From Chthoniobacterales bacterium (GTDB taxonomy: Bacteria; Verrucomicrobiota; Verrucomicrobiia; Chthoniobacterales; JAFAMB01): a stretch of DNA of 64,000 nucleotides. The stretch covers positions 830 to 64,829 of the forward strand of contig DASZHC010000054.1 in NCBI GenBank assembly GCA_035938215.1, written 5' to 3'. Each line of letters opens with the position of its first letter. Position 1 is the first letter of the stretch. Below are positions 1 to 10,387 of the stretch, piece after piece. The notes under the pieces were generated by a model, which had not been told where the DNA came from, did not search any database, and was given only the letters and a program-made list of their open reading frames with translations. A program made the translations under genes and the position numbers.

Positions 1-365
1 CTGAACTGGTTGGCTGGTGCCTTGACTCCGGGCATCTTGCGTACGGGGGTGGCGATACGTTCCGCATGCTTAATCATTATGGAGATCGGGTGAGCTACGT
101 TCACATAAAAGACGTGGACGGCAAGGTTCTGGAACGTTCGCGCGCTGAGCAGTGGGGATTTGACAAGGCATTGAAGAACTACATCTTCGCTCCGCTTGGG
201 CATGGCATCGCCCGGGTCCCGCAACTCATTGATGCGCTTCACGCCCATCAATACCACGGCTGGCTTATCATTGAACAAGATACCACCCCGGGGGATCCGA
301 CCGAAATAGCCAGGCAGAATCGGATCTACCTCGAAAATCTGCTAACAAAAATTAATTATGAGTAG
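1..365 (+). CDS. sugar phosphate isomerase/epimerase (xylose-isomerase-like TIM barrel), C-terminal part; 5' end lies outside the window
   Basis: Frame 3 is open from base 3 (ELVGWCLDSGHLAYGG...) into ORF 66..365. The D-x-GH and GWLIIEQD segments are typical of this fold. Confidence 0.6.
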   Translation, partial: ELVGWCLDSGHLAYGGGDTFRMLNHYGDRVSYVHIKDVDGKVLERSRAEQWGFDKALKNYIFAPLGHGIARVPQLIDALHAHQYHGWLIIEQDTTPGDPTEIARQNRIYLENLLTKINYE

Positions 366-1236
366 TGAAGAAGACTATATAAAGCTGGAGATGTTGGCTC
401 GCAGAGGAAGATGGCTCGCTATCAGTACGGTGGCGGGAAGCGGAGCCGGTCATGTCGGTGGACCGTTTTCGGCGATGGATATTCTTGTGGCGCTCTATTT
501 CCGGGTCATGAAGGTGGACCCGAAAGAGCCCCGGATGCCGGACAGGGATCGATTCATTCTTTCGAAGGGACATTCTTCGATTGGACAATATAGCGTCATG
601 GCGCTCCGAGGGTTTTTGCCGGTCGAGGAACTCAAAACGTTTGATAAGGGAGGATCGCGATTGCAGGGACATCCGGATGTCACAAGATTGCCGGGCCTGG
701 AAACATCGACGGGGTCTTTGGGTCAGGGGTTATCTGTTGGACTTGGTATTGCCTTGGGAGCGCGGCTGAGAGGCGAGAAATTCCATACCTTTGTCATGAT
801 TGGCGATGGCGAGTTGCAGGAAGGGATGATCTGGGAAGCGCTCCATATCGCGCCTCGATACAAGCTTGGGAACCTCACGGCTATACTGGACTGGAATGGG
901 TTGCAGCAGTTTGGGTGGGTGCTTGCTATCAACGAAAGGCATCGCGGGGATCGGCGGGATCCCTGGTCGGGTATCGACTTGCGGGGCATATTCGAGAAAC
1001 TAGGTTGGCGTTGTATTGAGATAAATGGACACGATTTCGCTCAGATTGTTCCGGCGCTTGAAGCGGCAAAAGCGTCAGGGGAATCCGACCAGCCAACGAT
1101 GGTTATTGCGCACACGATAAAGGGCAAAGGTGTTCAATTTACCGAAGGTAAACATGAATGGCACTCCAAGGTGGCGACGAGAGATGAACTAAGAGTTGTC
1201 GCACAGGAACTCGGAATTGAGGAGGCAACGGCGTGA
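358..1236 (+). CDS. transketolase, N-terminal (TPP-binding) subunit
   Basis: 292 aa. Motifs GHVGGPFSAMDILVALY, GSLGQGLSVGLGIALG and the TPP motif GDGELQEGMIWEA. Split-tkt arrangement with the next ORF. Confidence 0.9.
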   Translation: MSSEEDYIKLEMLARRGRWLAISTVAGSGAGHVGGPFSAMDILVALYFRVMKVDPKEPRMPDRDRFILSKGHSSIGQYSVMALRGFLPVEELKTFDKGGSRLQGHPDVTRLPGLETSTGSLGQGLSVGLGIALGARLRGEKFHTFVMIGDGELQEGMIWEALHIAPRYKLGNLTAILDWNGLQQFGWVLAINERHRGDRRDPWSGIDLRGIFEKLGWRCIEINGHDFAQIVPALEAAKASGESDQPTMVIAHTIKGKGVQFTEGKHEWHSKVATRDELRVVAQELGIEEATA

Positions 1237-2156
1237 AAGCATTGAGAGATGTGTTTGGCGATACGCTTGTTGATTTGGGCAAGACGAATCCAAACGTTTT
1301 GGTTTTGGATGCCGATTTGGCTAATTCCACGAAGGCAGACAAATTCGCGGTTGCGCATCCGGACCGGTTTCTGGAGATGGGAATTGCAGAACAGAATTTC
1401 GTGGGGGTTGCGGTTGGACTAGCTTCCCTGGGATTTGTACCCTGGTTGTCTTCGTTTACCGTATTTTTTACACATCGTGCGATCGATCCTATTCGTATGT
1501 TGGTCGCGCAAACCCACGCCAACGTCAAAATCGGCGCTGCTTATGCAGGGCTTATGACTGGGCTAACAGGCAAGACGCATCAAGACGTGCAGGATATTGC
1601 GATTATGCGCGCAATGCCAGACATGACGGTTCTTGCGCCGGCCGATGCTGTCGAAGGGGAAGCTTTGATCCGCTGGGCGACCGAATTCGAAGGACCGGTC
1701 TATTTGCGTTTGGCCCGCGACGCCGCCCCCGACCTGTTCGACAAAAACTACCGCTTCAATCCGGCAAAGACAATTACGCTTAGAGAAGGGACGGATGTGC
1801 TTATGATATCGACAGGACCACAAACCGTGCGATGCGTAGAAGCTGCGGACTTGCTGGCGAAGGAGAAGTTGTCTGCAGGGGTTTTGCATATCCCCTCGAT
1901 TAAGCCTGTCAACAAAGACGAGATTGTTAGCGCAGCCGAAAAAGCGAGACTAGTCGTGACAGTCGAGGAGCATACGATTTACGGCGGGTTAGGTGGATTG
2001 GTAGCCGAAGTTCTCTCTGAAGCTTCACCGAGAAAGGTTGTTAGGTTTGGAATCGAGGATCGGTGGGGCGAGTCGGCACCTAACGATTACTTGCTTGAAC
2101 AGTTCCAGATGTCAGCTCCGCGGTTGAGCGAACGCATTCAGAAGCTGGTTGCGTAA
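1233..2156 (+). CDS. transketolase, C-terminal (pyrimidine-binding) subunit
   Basis: 307 aa with EMGIAEQNFVGVAVGLA. The GTG start overlaps the upstream stop (GTGA), suggesting translational coupling. Confidence 0.9.
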   Translation: MKALRDVFGDTLVDLGKTNPNVLVLDADLANSTKADKFAVAHPDRFLEMGIAEQNFVGVAVGLASLGFVPWLSSFTVFFTHRAIDPIRMLVAQTHANVKIGAAYAGLMTGLTGKTHQDVQDIAIMRAMPDMTVLAPADAVEGEALIRWATEFEGPVYLRLARDAAPDLFDKNYRFNPAKTITLREGTDVLMISTGPQTVRCVEAADLLAKEKLSAGVLHIPSIKPVNKDEIVSAAEKARLVVTVEEHTIYGGLGGLVAEVLSEASPRKVVRFGIEDRWGESAPNDYLLEQFQMSAPRLSERIQKLVA

Positions 2157-2234
2157 AATGATGAGGAGTTGGGAGTCAGCAATCAGAATTTGGGCGACTC
2201 CTCGAAAGCCGCGCCCAGCTTCGGAGATCCCACG

Positions 2235-2368
2235 CGACGGGGTCATGTCTCAATATTCAACATTCGCTGAGTGCTGATGGACAGCACGTTCACGCCGGCT
2301 CTCAAGAAATTCAGTCGGCGAGCGTCGTTGATACGCCGAATGTTGAATATTGAGACATGACCCCGTCG
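2235..2368. repeat. family E: 134-bp element bounded by a perfect 32-bp inverted repeat (MITE-like or structured RNA)
   Basis: 2235-2266 CGACGGGGTCATGTCTCAATATTCAACATTCG is the exact reverse complement of 2337-2368. The spacer is 70 bp. It lies in the convergent tkt/pgi gap. Confidence 0.7.
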
Positions 2369-2385
2369 GTTAATGAGGTTCTGGT

Positions 2386-4017
2386 TTAGTGTGCGTTCTT
2401 CAGTTTGCGGTAATGTCTGATGAGCGTGTTTGTCGAGCTGTCATGTTTCAGATCGGGTTCTTTGGAGTCGTCTAGTTCCGGAATGATTCGTGCGGCTAGA
2501 ACTTTACCAAGCTCCACTCCCCATTGATCGAAGGAGTCGATGTCCCAGATGACGCCCTGCGTAAATACGCTGTGTTCATAGAGCGCAACCAGTTTGCCAA
2601 GAATCTCCGGCGTTAGCCGTTCCGCAAGAATCGTGTTCGACGGCCGGTTGCCCTCGAAGGTTCGATGGGGGACCAACCAATCCGGAGTTCCCCCCTCTTT
2701 CACCTCTTCGGCGGTTTTGCCGAAGGCGAGCGCCTCGGCCTGGGCAAATACGTTAGACATCAGAAGATCATGATGATTTCCAAGGGGGTTCAGGGATTGG
2801 CAAAAGCCAATGAAATCGCATGGCACCAATTTTGTTCCTTGATGAATCAGCTGATAAAATGAGTGCTGCCCATTTGTGCCGGGCTCGCCCCAATAGATCT
2901 GCCCCGTCTCATAATCGACGGTCTTGCCCTCAAGGTCGACGTGCTTCCCGTTGCTCTCCATCGTCAGTTGCTGAAGGTACGCTGGGAATCGTTTCAAATA
3001 CTGATCGTAGGGCAAAATAGCGACCGTTTGCGCATTGAAGAAATCGTTGTACCAGACAGCAAGGAGGCCCAGTAACACCGGCAGGTTGCGCTCGAACGGT
3101 GCATGGCGGAAATGTTCATCCATGGCATGAAAACCGGCCAGGAGCGCGCGGAAGTTTTCTGGTCCGATCGCAAGCATTGTCGACAATCCGATTGCGGAAT
3201 CCATCGAATACCTGCCGCCAACCCAGTCCCAGAAGCCGAACATATTAGCGGTATCGATGCCAAACTTCGAAACTTCGACGCCATTGGTCGAAAGCGCCAC
3301 AAAATGTTTTGCGATTGCCTTTTCATCATGCAAAGCCGCCAACGTCCACTGCCGGGCGGTTTGCGCATTGGTCATCGTTTCAAGCGTGGTGAATGTCTTG
3401 GAGGCGACGATGAAAAGAGTCTCGTCGGCAGCAAGATCGCGGGTCGCCTCGGCGAAATCGGTTCCATCAACATTAGAGACAAAGCGAAATGCCAAATCGC
3501 GCCGGCTATAGTGTCGCAATGCTTCGTAGGCCATCACCGGACCCAAATCAGAACCGCCGATGCCGATATTGACAACATTGCGGATTGATTTGCCCGTATG
3601 ACCCTTCCATTCGCCGTTTCTGACTCGCTCGGAAAAGTCGGACATCCGATCCAGCACCTCATGGACCTTCGGTACAACATCTTCGCCATCAACGATGATG
3701 GATTGATCGCGTGCCGCCCGGAGAGCCACATGCAGGACTGCACGCTTTTCAGTGATGTTGATTTTCTCACCTCGAAACATGGCGCCGATGCGGTCACGGA
3801 GGTTAGCGCTCACCGCGAGATCGAGCAATAAGCGAAGCGTTTCCTCCGTTATGCGGTTCTTTGAATAGTCGAGATAAAGACCGACCTCTTCCAAGGTGAA
3901 CCGTTCGTTGCGCTTCGTGTCAGCGAAAAGCTGTCGAAGCGAGGCGCCTTTAATCGTTTCATAGTGCTTCAAAAGCGCCTGCCATTCGTGACGCTGAGTC
4001 AAGGGGGTCGTGCTCAT
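2386..4017 (-). CDS. pgi: glucose-6-phosphate isomerase
   Basis: 543 aa. Motifs [43 protein letters not shown]. Confidence 0.95.
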   Translation of the reverse strand: MSTTPLTQRHEWQALLKHYETIKGASLRQLFADTKRNERFTLEEVGLYLDYSKNRITEETLRLLLDLAVSANLRDRIGAMFRGEKINITEKRAVLHVALRAARDQSIIVDGEDVVPKVHEVLDRMSDFSERVRNGEWKGHTGKSIRNVVNIGIGGSDLGPVMAYEALRHYSRRDLAFRFVSNVDGTDFAEATRDLAADETLFIVASKTFTTLETMTNAQTARQWTLAALHDEKAIAKHFVALSTNGVEVSKFGIDTANMFGFWDWVGGRYSMDSAIGLSTMLAIGPENFRALLAGFHAMDEHFRHAPFERNLPVLLGLLAVWYNDFFNAQTVAILPYDQYLKRFPAYLQQLTMESNGKHVDLEGKTVDYETGQIYWGEPGTNGQHSFYQLIHQGTKLVPCDFIGFCQSLNPLGNHHDLLMSNVFAQAEALAFGKTAEEVKEGGTPDWLVPHRTFEGNRPSNTILAERLTPEILGKLVALYEHSVFTQGVIWDIDSFDQWGVELGKVLAARIIPELDDSKEPDLKHDSSTNTLIRHYRKLKNAH

Positions 4018-4196
4018 TTTGATTCGTTGTTTTTAGTCGGAATTCTCGCGTGGCTGCTCAGCCACGGCCGCCTGATTGAACTTGCCACTCCGGCATTCAA
4101 TAGTCGGCGGAACCATCAAGATTCCTTCCACAAATCTACGTAGAACGCCGCGGGATCTGGCACAAGCTATTATTTGCTTAAGCGGCGGCAAATGAC

Positions 4197-5429
4197 TCAA
4201 ACCTTCTTATAGATAACGCATGAATTAATGCCTCCAAATCCGAACGCATTGCTCATGACATGGGTCAGAGCCTTTTCGCGAGGCTCGTTGGGAACAACAT
4301 CCAAATCGCACGCCGGATCCGGATTCTTATAATTGAGAGTCGGCGGTATTACTCCTTGTCGAATGGCCAAGGCGCAAATCACGCCTTCAATTGCGGCGCT
4401 TGCACCGAGAGGGTGGCCGTAATAAGGCTTTGTTCCGCTGACCGGTATCTGGCCGGTCCGCGCGCCGAAAACCTTTCGGATGCAGAACGCTTCATTCGCA
4501 TCATTCAATTGCGTGGAACTTGCATGAGCGTTGATGTAGTCAATCTGGTCGGCGCTGAGTCGCGCGTAATCGAGTGCGTCATGCATTGCGCGAACACACG
4601 ATTCACCGGTGGGCAGCGGCGTAGTCATGTGAAACGCGTCATTGTTTAGGCTGTATCCGATGACTTCGGCGTAAATCTCGGCGTTGCGGGCTTTCGCATG
4701 CTCGTATTCTTCAAGAACAAGGCTGGCGGCTCCTTCGCCCATGACGAATCCATCACGCTCGAGATCGAAGGGCCGGCAGGCCACAGCAGGATGCGCGCGA
4801 CTCATTGTTCGAATGAAAGCGAACGCCCCGAACGTCAGTGGACTTAATGGAGCTTCCGCTGAACCCGCGATCATGACATCCGCCCAGCCTTCGCGAATGT
4901 ATCGGAGCGCCTCTCCAATTGCCACATTTCCGCTCGCGCAGCTATTGGAGTTGGTAGTGCCAACGCCTCGAAAGCCGAACTCGATGGCGATATTTGAATG
5001 GGCCGATCCGCCAAAGACTTGCAAAGCCAAGGTTTTTTGGTGGACTGATTTGGGGCCTCCTTGCACAAAGGCCTTGTGTTGCATCTCAGCATTGGACACT
5101 CCTCCGAGAGCCGTCCCAAAGCTGACACCGACACGATGAAGCGGGTTGTCAGGCGAATATTCCAAGCCACTGTCTTCCAAAGCGAGCTTCACTGAGCCGA
5201 CGGAAAATTGGGCGTACCGGTCAAGTCTTTTGAGCCGATGCGCTGGAAAGATCTTCTCCGGCTGCCAGTCGGTGATTTCGGCCGCATTCGTTGACCGGAA
5301 AATCGACGCGTCGAACTTCGAAATAGTCGCGATCCCGGATTTCTTACTTTTTATGGCGTCCCAGAACGCGCCTTTCCCGATTCCGATAGGCGTAACGGGG
5401 CCGACGCCGGTGATCACTGCTCGTCTCAT
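4197..5429 (-). CDS. beta-ketoacyl-ACP synthase II-like condensing enzyme
   Basis: 410 aa. Active-site Cys context NSCASGN; His motifs AFHMTTP and GHPLGASAA; INAHASST. Confidence 0.85.
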   Translation of the reverse strand: MRRAVITGVGPVTPIGIGKGAFWDAIKSKKSGIATISKFDASIFRSTNAAEITDWQPEKIFPAHRLKRLDRYAQFSVGSVKLALEDSGLEYSPDNPLHRVGVSFGTALGGVSNAEMQHKAFVQGGPKSVHQKTLALQVFGGSAHSNIAIEFGFRGVGTTNSNSCASGNVAIGEALRYIREGWADVMIAGSAEAPLSPLTFGAFAFIRTMSRAHPAVACRPFDLERDGFVMGEGAASLVLEEYEHAKARNAEIYAEVIGYSLNNDAFHMTTPLPTGESCVRAMHDALDYARLSADQIDYINAHASSTQLNDANEAFCIRKVFGARTGQIPVSGTKPYYGHPLGASAAIEGVICALAIRQGVIPPTLNYKNPDPACDLDVVPNEPREKALTHVMSNAFGFGGINSCVIYKKV

Positions 5430-5863
5430 CGTTTTTCCACGTATGTTTTCATGTGTCTCAGCGTCTGCGAGGCGACATGATCGATGAACACGCCCCCTAT
5501 GATCAGCTCCGCGAGGGGAGCTAGAGTGGGAATCCGAAAAGCGAGGTCATGAACAATTTCTACTTTGACGCCCGACGGCAAAGTCTGAAATCGCCATAGT
5601 ACCTCCATTCCCTTGGTCCACGCTTTCAGATGCCTGAAGCGAATCTGGCGATGCTCGCGATCGATGATTTGTTCTGAAGTCCAAGCAATCGGAATAAACC
5701 CTCGCTTAGCGGCCATCTTTACCACATTGCGGACGGGATTCTTCTCGTAGTAACGGATGTATCGATAGTGGGGAAGAAAGGTCGGCCAGCGCTGCAAATC
5801 CGCCGCAGCCTCAAAAATAGCCCCTTCCGGGGCATTCATAACTATCGAGTTTGTTCGGTGCAT
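5426..5863 (-). CDS. SRPBCC (START/cyclase-dehydrase fold) family protein
   Basis: ORF 5426..5896. I take the internal Met (MHRTNSIV...) as the start. Its stop overlaps the KAS start (ATGA). Fold assignment rests on size and sequence pattern only. Confidence 0.55.
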   Translation of the reverse strand: MHRTNSIVMNAPEGAIFEAAADLQRWPTFLPHYRYIRYYEKNPVRNVVKMAAKRGFIPIAWTSEQIIDREHRQIRFRHLKAWTKGMEVLWRFQTLPSGVKVEIVHDLAFRIPTLAPLAELIIGGVFIDHVASQTLRHMKTYVEKR

Positions 5864-6546
5864 CCCGCTCCTTTTGATACATAGTGAAGATAACACTCCA
5901 CGGATAAGACATTTATTGATTCCAACCGGTAAAACTGGCTGGCGGAGAGAAATGGTCCTGAGCGGCCGAGTAGTCCTGGAGCCTCAGCGCCCCCGAAAAG
6001 AAATGGAGCAACTGTTAAAAAAAGCTCGTCAATAGCGTCCATTTCCGCAAGCGACCTGGCAAGACCGGGACCTCCTTCGCAAACCAATGTCCGGACGCCG
6101 TGCTGCAGATACAGGTCCTCCAGGACGCCCGGGAGGTGGACCCTCTCTCCTTCGTTCAGATGCAATTGTGCCTGCGCTTTCAGCGCCTGGCGATTGGCTG
6201 AGTTCATTCGTGTGGTCGAATAAACTACAATTGGCGAAAATTGATGGCTGAAAATATTGAGCTGCGTAGAGATATCTCCGGAATTCGAAACGACAACTCT
6301 CAGTGGATATTCGCTTTGGCCTCGCTCCAGTCTCGCTTTCCGCAAATCCTCATCCGGTAGGCTCATCGACATATTGTCCGTTTGAACCGTATTCCTCCCG
6401 AGGATAAGAGCGTCGCCGAGCGAACGGATTTCGAGCAATCGCCGCTTATCATGTTTCGAAGTAAAATTTGCCGGCCCAAGTTTGGCGGTCGACACTTTGC
6501 CATCGACCGTCATCGCAAAGTTTACCAGAACTCGTGGCCGCAGCAT
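5842..6546 (-). CDS. RibD C-terminal domain / dihydrofolate-reductase-like reductase
   Basis: 234 aa. VLVNFAMTVDGKVS...LLEIRSLGDALILGRNTV..D matches the RibD_C pattern. Confidence 0.7.
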   Translation of the reverse strand: MLRPRVLVNFAMTVDGKVSTAKLGPANFTSKHDKRRLLEIRSLGDALILGRNTVQTDNMSMSLPDEDLRKARLERGQSEYPLRVVVSNSGDISTQLNIFSHQFSPIVVYSTTRMNSANRQALKAQAQLHLNEGERVHLPGVLEDLYLQHGVRTLVCEGGPGLARSLAEMDAIDELFLTVAPFLFGGAEAPGLLGRSGPFLSASQFYRLESINVLSVECYLHYVSKGAGCTEQTR

Positions 6547-6610
6547 AAAGGCGAGACCCGCTAGTGTCCTTTATTTTTGGCAACGCGAAATAGCACTGTG
6601 ATGGGGCGAC

Positions 6611-6705
6611 GGTAGGGTCCGATTTCCGAGCGGACCGTCAGGATTGGTCGCCTTAAACTTACGACCTCGCCGTAAAACCGGTCGCCTCGGAGATGCGACC
6701 CTACC
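6611..6705. repeat. family A double-hairpin palindromic element (copy A1)
   Basis: GGTAGGGTCCGATTTCCGAGCGGACC ... GGTCGCCTCGGAGATGCGACCCTACC. Intergenic. Confidence 0.8.
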
Positions 6706-6784
6706 AGTCCCGACTCAGCTGATGGGTCTAACTCGTTGCCAATCAGTAGCTTCCAGCACCAGTCCTTGGAGAGGAATGAATTGC

Positions 6785-7684
6785 TCATGAAGAAAATTTC
6801 TGCTTCCAACGAGCCAATGCGCTGGTGATTTCGCCCCTAGACGCTCGTGAATCCAACTCCCATACGAGTGGCACAGAGGAGGGAATCGCGGCCAACAAGG
6901 CTGCGAAATCAATCATCCCGCTAAATGGCACCTTGTGATCGTCGCAGGGAAAAAGAACGTCATGAATGTGGCATCCCATCAAGTGCGATGCCATTTCGGA
7001 AAGCCACTCGGCGTGGTCCAGAAGCGTGAGATTGTGCCGAATTTGTGCGTGCCCGAAATCATGCCAGTAGCCGATCGAGCCGATCTCGGAAAAGAGCCGG
7101 CGAAATTCTCGTTCGGAAGGGCATGTCTCGATGCCAATACGATTTTCGATACCAAGCATGATGCCTGCCGATGCTGCATGATCGAGAACAGGTTTGAGCC
7201 ACTCGACGATGCAATCATAAAGGGAGTTAGCCTCTCTTTTCTTAATTGCCTTCAGTTTCATGGCGACGTAAGAGCGGCTCAGATATCGTCCTGAATTGAT
7301 GAGTTTGCACAGTCGCTCTGTATAAGGAGCCATTGGAACTGAGCCCAAATGCATGACAACATACTTTGCGCCGAGTTTCCGGGCGTAATCGATGGTGCGC
7401 AAAGCATGAATTTGCGCGCGTTCTCTCTCTTCGGCTCGAAGAGCAGCGCATTCGTAGCGGTCTTGGGCGACATCAACGCCGGCGGGCAGTGGACAGAAAT
7501 TGTGGAGACTGGTCACCCTCATTGTATGATTGGCTAGAAACCGTTCAATCCCTTCCCATTGCGAGATCCGAATGCCTTGACCAAGTTCGATATGATCGAA
7601 TCCGAGGGAATAGATTTCCGCCAACATCCCGTCTCCGCTTGAGTGACGGCTTGAATTCCAACAGGTGGAAAACGCCAGCGGCAC
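6785..7684 (-). CDS. sugar phosphate isomerase/epimerase family TIM-barrel protein
   Basis: 299 aa. FSTCWNS...GFDHIELG N-terminus typical of the family. GTG start directly abuts the glgP stop. Confidence 0.65.
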   Translation of the reverse strand: MPLAFSTCWNSSRHSSGDGMLAEIYSLGFDHIELGQGIRISQWEGIERFLANHTMRVTSLHNFCPLPAGVDVAQDRYECAALRAEERERAQIHALRTIDYARKLGAKYVVMHLGSVPMAPYTERLCKLINSGRYLSRSYVAMKLKAIKKREANSLYDCIVEWLKPVLDHAASAGIMLGIENRIGIETCPSEREFRRLFSEIGSIGYWHDFGHAQIRHNLTLLDHAEWLSEMASHLMGCHIHDVLFPCDDHKVPFSGMIDFAALLAAIPSSVPLVWELDSRASRGEITSALARWKQKFSS

Positions 7685-10252
7685 TTATTTCGCCCAAGTA
7701 ATCAACCTGAGTTCGTGCTCCTGCACCAGGTGTGGATGCGTCGGAATGACGCGGACGTTAAATCCGTAGCTTCCGCTTTCGGAGGCAGGAATCATTCCGC
7801 TAAAACGGTAGACTCCATTGGCGGTTGTCTTTTCGACATCCAGAAGATCAATTGTGTAAGGATTACGAAGCGCACCGTTATCTGATTCACCGACATATGC
7901 TTGAACCCGAACATGAGTTGGCTGAACCGGGCCCAGGAATACGTGTGCGGTTATCTCGAGTTTATCCCCAACGAACAGCGAGACTCGCCCGGATTGCGAT
8001 GTTTCGACCGATTCAATTTGGACGTGGGGCCAGTCCACGCGCGTACTATGCTTCCACTGTGCTAATTCCACGCCGGCCTGGCATCCGTTTGCGCTGAGTG
8101 CTTTGTAACCCTCTGCAGCCGGTTCATACAGGCGTTCGTTGTACTCTTTGACCATTCTATGAGTGTTAAAGACAGGAGTAACACTGCGTATTGATTCACG
8201 CATCAACTGTATCCAGGCTACCGGAATCCGACCATCCGGCTTGGCATAATAAAGGGGGATGATTTGATTCTCCAGGACATTGAACAGGCTATCTGCGTCG
8301 ACCTCGTTTTGAAATTCGGGTGTCCCCTGAGTAATCTCCGGGCCAATAGCCCAGCCATTTTTACGGTTGTACCCCTCACACCACCACCCATCCAGCACGC
8401 TGAGATTCAATCCTCCGTTAGGCGGCAATTTCATTCCACTGGTTCCGCTAGCCTCCAAGGGGCGAAGGGGGTTGTTAAGCCAGAGATCGACGCCCTGATA
8501 CATGCGACGTCCGATGTAAGTGTCATAGTCTTCCACGAAGACCACCGCATGCTCCAGGCCGGATTCTCGCGATCGATTGTAGACCTCCTGTATGAACCGT
8601 TTCCCAGGCTCATCCTTCGGATGCGATTTGCCGGCAAAAATAAACTGAACCGGGCGTTCGGCGTTCTGCACCAGCCGCAGAAGGCGCTCTTTCTGACCGA
8701 ATAGCAGCGTGCCGCGCTTGTAGGTCGCAAAGCGGCGAGCAAAACCGACCGTTAAGACGTCCGGATTGAGAATGCTGTTAATCTTCCGCAGCTGTTCTGG
8801 GGACTCGCCGATTCGAACGCGCTGCCGGCGCAGACGGTCTCGGATAAAGTCGATCAGCCGACTTTTGAGCAACTGGTGGGTTTCCCAGAGAACGTCGTCA
8901 GGGATGTCGATTACACGGCGCCAATACTCTGAATCCGTAAGATGCTCTTCCCAGTCAGATCCCAAAAATTTGGAATAAATGCGGTGAAATTCCGGTGCAG
9001 TCCAGGTCTTGGTGTGAATGCCGTTGGTGATGCTGGTAATCGGAACTTCTTGTAGAGGAACGCCGGCCCAGACGTCTTTCCACAAACCCTGGCTCACGTT
9101 GCCGTGAAGTTTGCTCACTCCGTTTGCATGTCGGCTGACCCGAAGCGCAAGGATGGTCATGCTAAACGTATCGGTCGCATTGACCATCGGTTCTCCGAGA
9201 CGAAAGAAATCGTCGAAGCTGATCCGAAAATCTTCCGCGTATGTGGAGAAATGGCGTGCCATCATATCGCGGGGAAAGGCATCGTTTCCAGCCGGCACGG
9301 GCGTATGCGTCGTAAAGACGTTCGAAGCTGCGACGATCTGCAATGCCGAGTAATAATCAAGACCTTTGTCCCGGACATACTGGCGAATGCGCTCCAGTGA
9401 AAGAAAGGCCGAGTGGCCTTCGTTCATGTGATAAACCTCGGGTTTGATGCCAAGTGCGTCCAGAGCTCTGACGCCGCCGATACCGAGTACGATTTCCTGC
9501 CGTATCCGCATCTCCAGGTCGCCGCCATAAAGTTGTTCGGTGATCAACCGATTTTCCGGAGCGTTTTGTTGAATATCGGTATCGAGCAGGTAAAGCTTTA
9601 TCCGGCCGATCTGCAATTCCCAGACTTTGGCTACGACGTAGCGGCCGAGAATTGAGACGGTGACGTGAAGCGGCTCGCCTCCGACTTTGGTTTCGAGCAG
9701 CGGCAGATGATTGAAGTTCTGGTTCAGGCTTACCGCCTCCTGCCATCCCTCCTTGTTAATCTGCTGTTTGAAATAGCCGTGTCTGTAGAGGAGAGTTACC
9801 GCGCAAAAATCCAGGTCAAGGTCGCTCGCTGATTTACAATGATCGCCGGAAAGAATTCCCAGGCCGCCTGAATAGTTTGGAACCGATTCATGGAACCCGA
9901 ACTCTGCAGAAAAATAGGCGATCCGCGGGGCCGTGGTCCGGAGCTTTCCGTAGGTATCCGTCCTTCGCATGTAGGCGGCAAATTTCTGGTAGACGCTCTG
10001 CATCTCGCGGATGTAATCGTCGTCCACCGAAAGTTCCAGGAGGCGCGCTTGGCGCGAGAGTTGGAGCATACGAATCGGATTATGGTTCGTTCGATCCCAC
10101 AACTCGGTGTCCAGGTGGCGAAAAAGCCGCCGGGCGTCCGGCTCCCAGGTCCACCAAAGATTGTGAGCCATTTCCCGAAGTGGTTCCAACACCTCCGGCA
10201 AACGGGGTGCCACGTTGAACGTTTGTACAGGTTGCATTGATTTTCCCTTCAA
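7685..10252 (-). CDS. glgP: alpha-glucan (glycogen/maltodextrin) phosphorylase, GT35
   Basis: 855 aa. NLWWTWEPDARRLF N-terminus, PLP-lysine context EASGTSGMKLPPNGGLNLSVLDGWW. The start may instead be the Met at 10237. Confidence 0.9.
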   Translation of the reverse strand: MKGKSMQPVQTFNVAPRLPEVLEPLREMAHNLWWTWEPDARRLFRHLDTELWDRTNHNPIRMLQLSRQARLLELSVDDDYIREMQSVYQKFAAYMRRTDTYGKLRTTAPRIAYFSAEFGFHESVPNYSGGLGILSGDHCKSASDLDLDFCAVTLLYRHGYFKQQINKEGWQEAVSLNQNFNHLPLLETKVGGEPLHVTVSILGRYVVAKVWELQIGRIKLYLLDTDIQQNAPENRLITEQLYGGDLEMRIRQEIVLGIGGVRALDALGIKPEVYHMNEGHSAFLSLERIRQYVRDKGLDYYSALQIVAASNVFTTHTPVPAGNDAFPRDMMARHFSTYAEDFRISFDDFFRLGEPMVNATDTFSMTILALRVSRHANGVSKLHGNVSQGLWKDVWAGVPLQEVPITSITNGIHTKTWTAPEFHRIYSKFLGSDWEEHLTDSEYWRRVIDIPDDVLWETHQLLKSRLIDFIRDRLRRQRVRIGESPEQLRKINSILNPDVLTVGFARRFATYKRGTLLFGQKERLLRLVQNAERPVQFIFAGKSHPKDEPGKRFIQEVYNRSRESGLEHAVVFVEDYDTYIGRRMYQGVDLWLNNPLRPLEASGTSGMKLPPNGGLNLSVLDGWWCEGYNRKNGWAIGPEITQGTPEFQNEVDADSLFNVLENQIIPLYYAKPDGRIPVAWIQLMRESIRSVTPVFNTHRMVKEYNERLYEPAAEGYKALSANGCQAGVELAQWKHSTRVDWPHVQIESVETSQSGRVSLFVGDKLEITAHVFLGPVQPTHVRVQAYVGESDNGALRNPYTIDLLDVEKTTANGVYRFSGMIPASESGSYGFNVRVIPTHPHLVQEHELRLITWAK

Positions 10253-10387
10253 TTCTCGGCCAAAGCTCCAATTTGGACGCCGGAAGCTCCGCTAGCTCAA
10301 CCTCTCCTCGCAAGAGTTGCAAGCATTTAGTAGCGAGGGCCGTGCCGTTGACGTAGCGGTTCCACCAAGACATACTGATCAATCGCA

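Noticed and set aside
4040-4075. Short hairpin GTGGCTGCTCAGCCAC between KAS and pgi as a terminator
   Set aside because: The stem is about 6-7 bp with a loop of only about 2 nt, there is no T-run, and it lies 130 nt from the KAS stop. Too weak to report as a feature.
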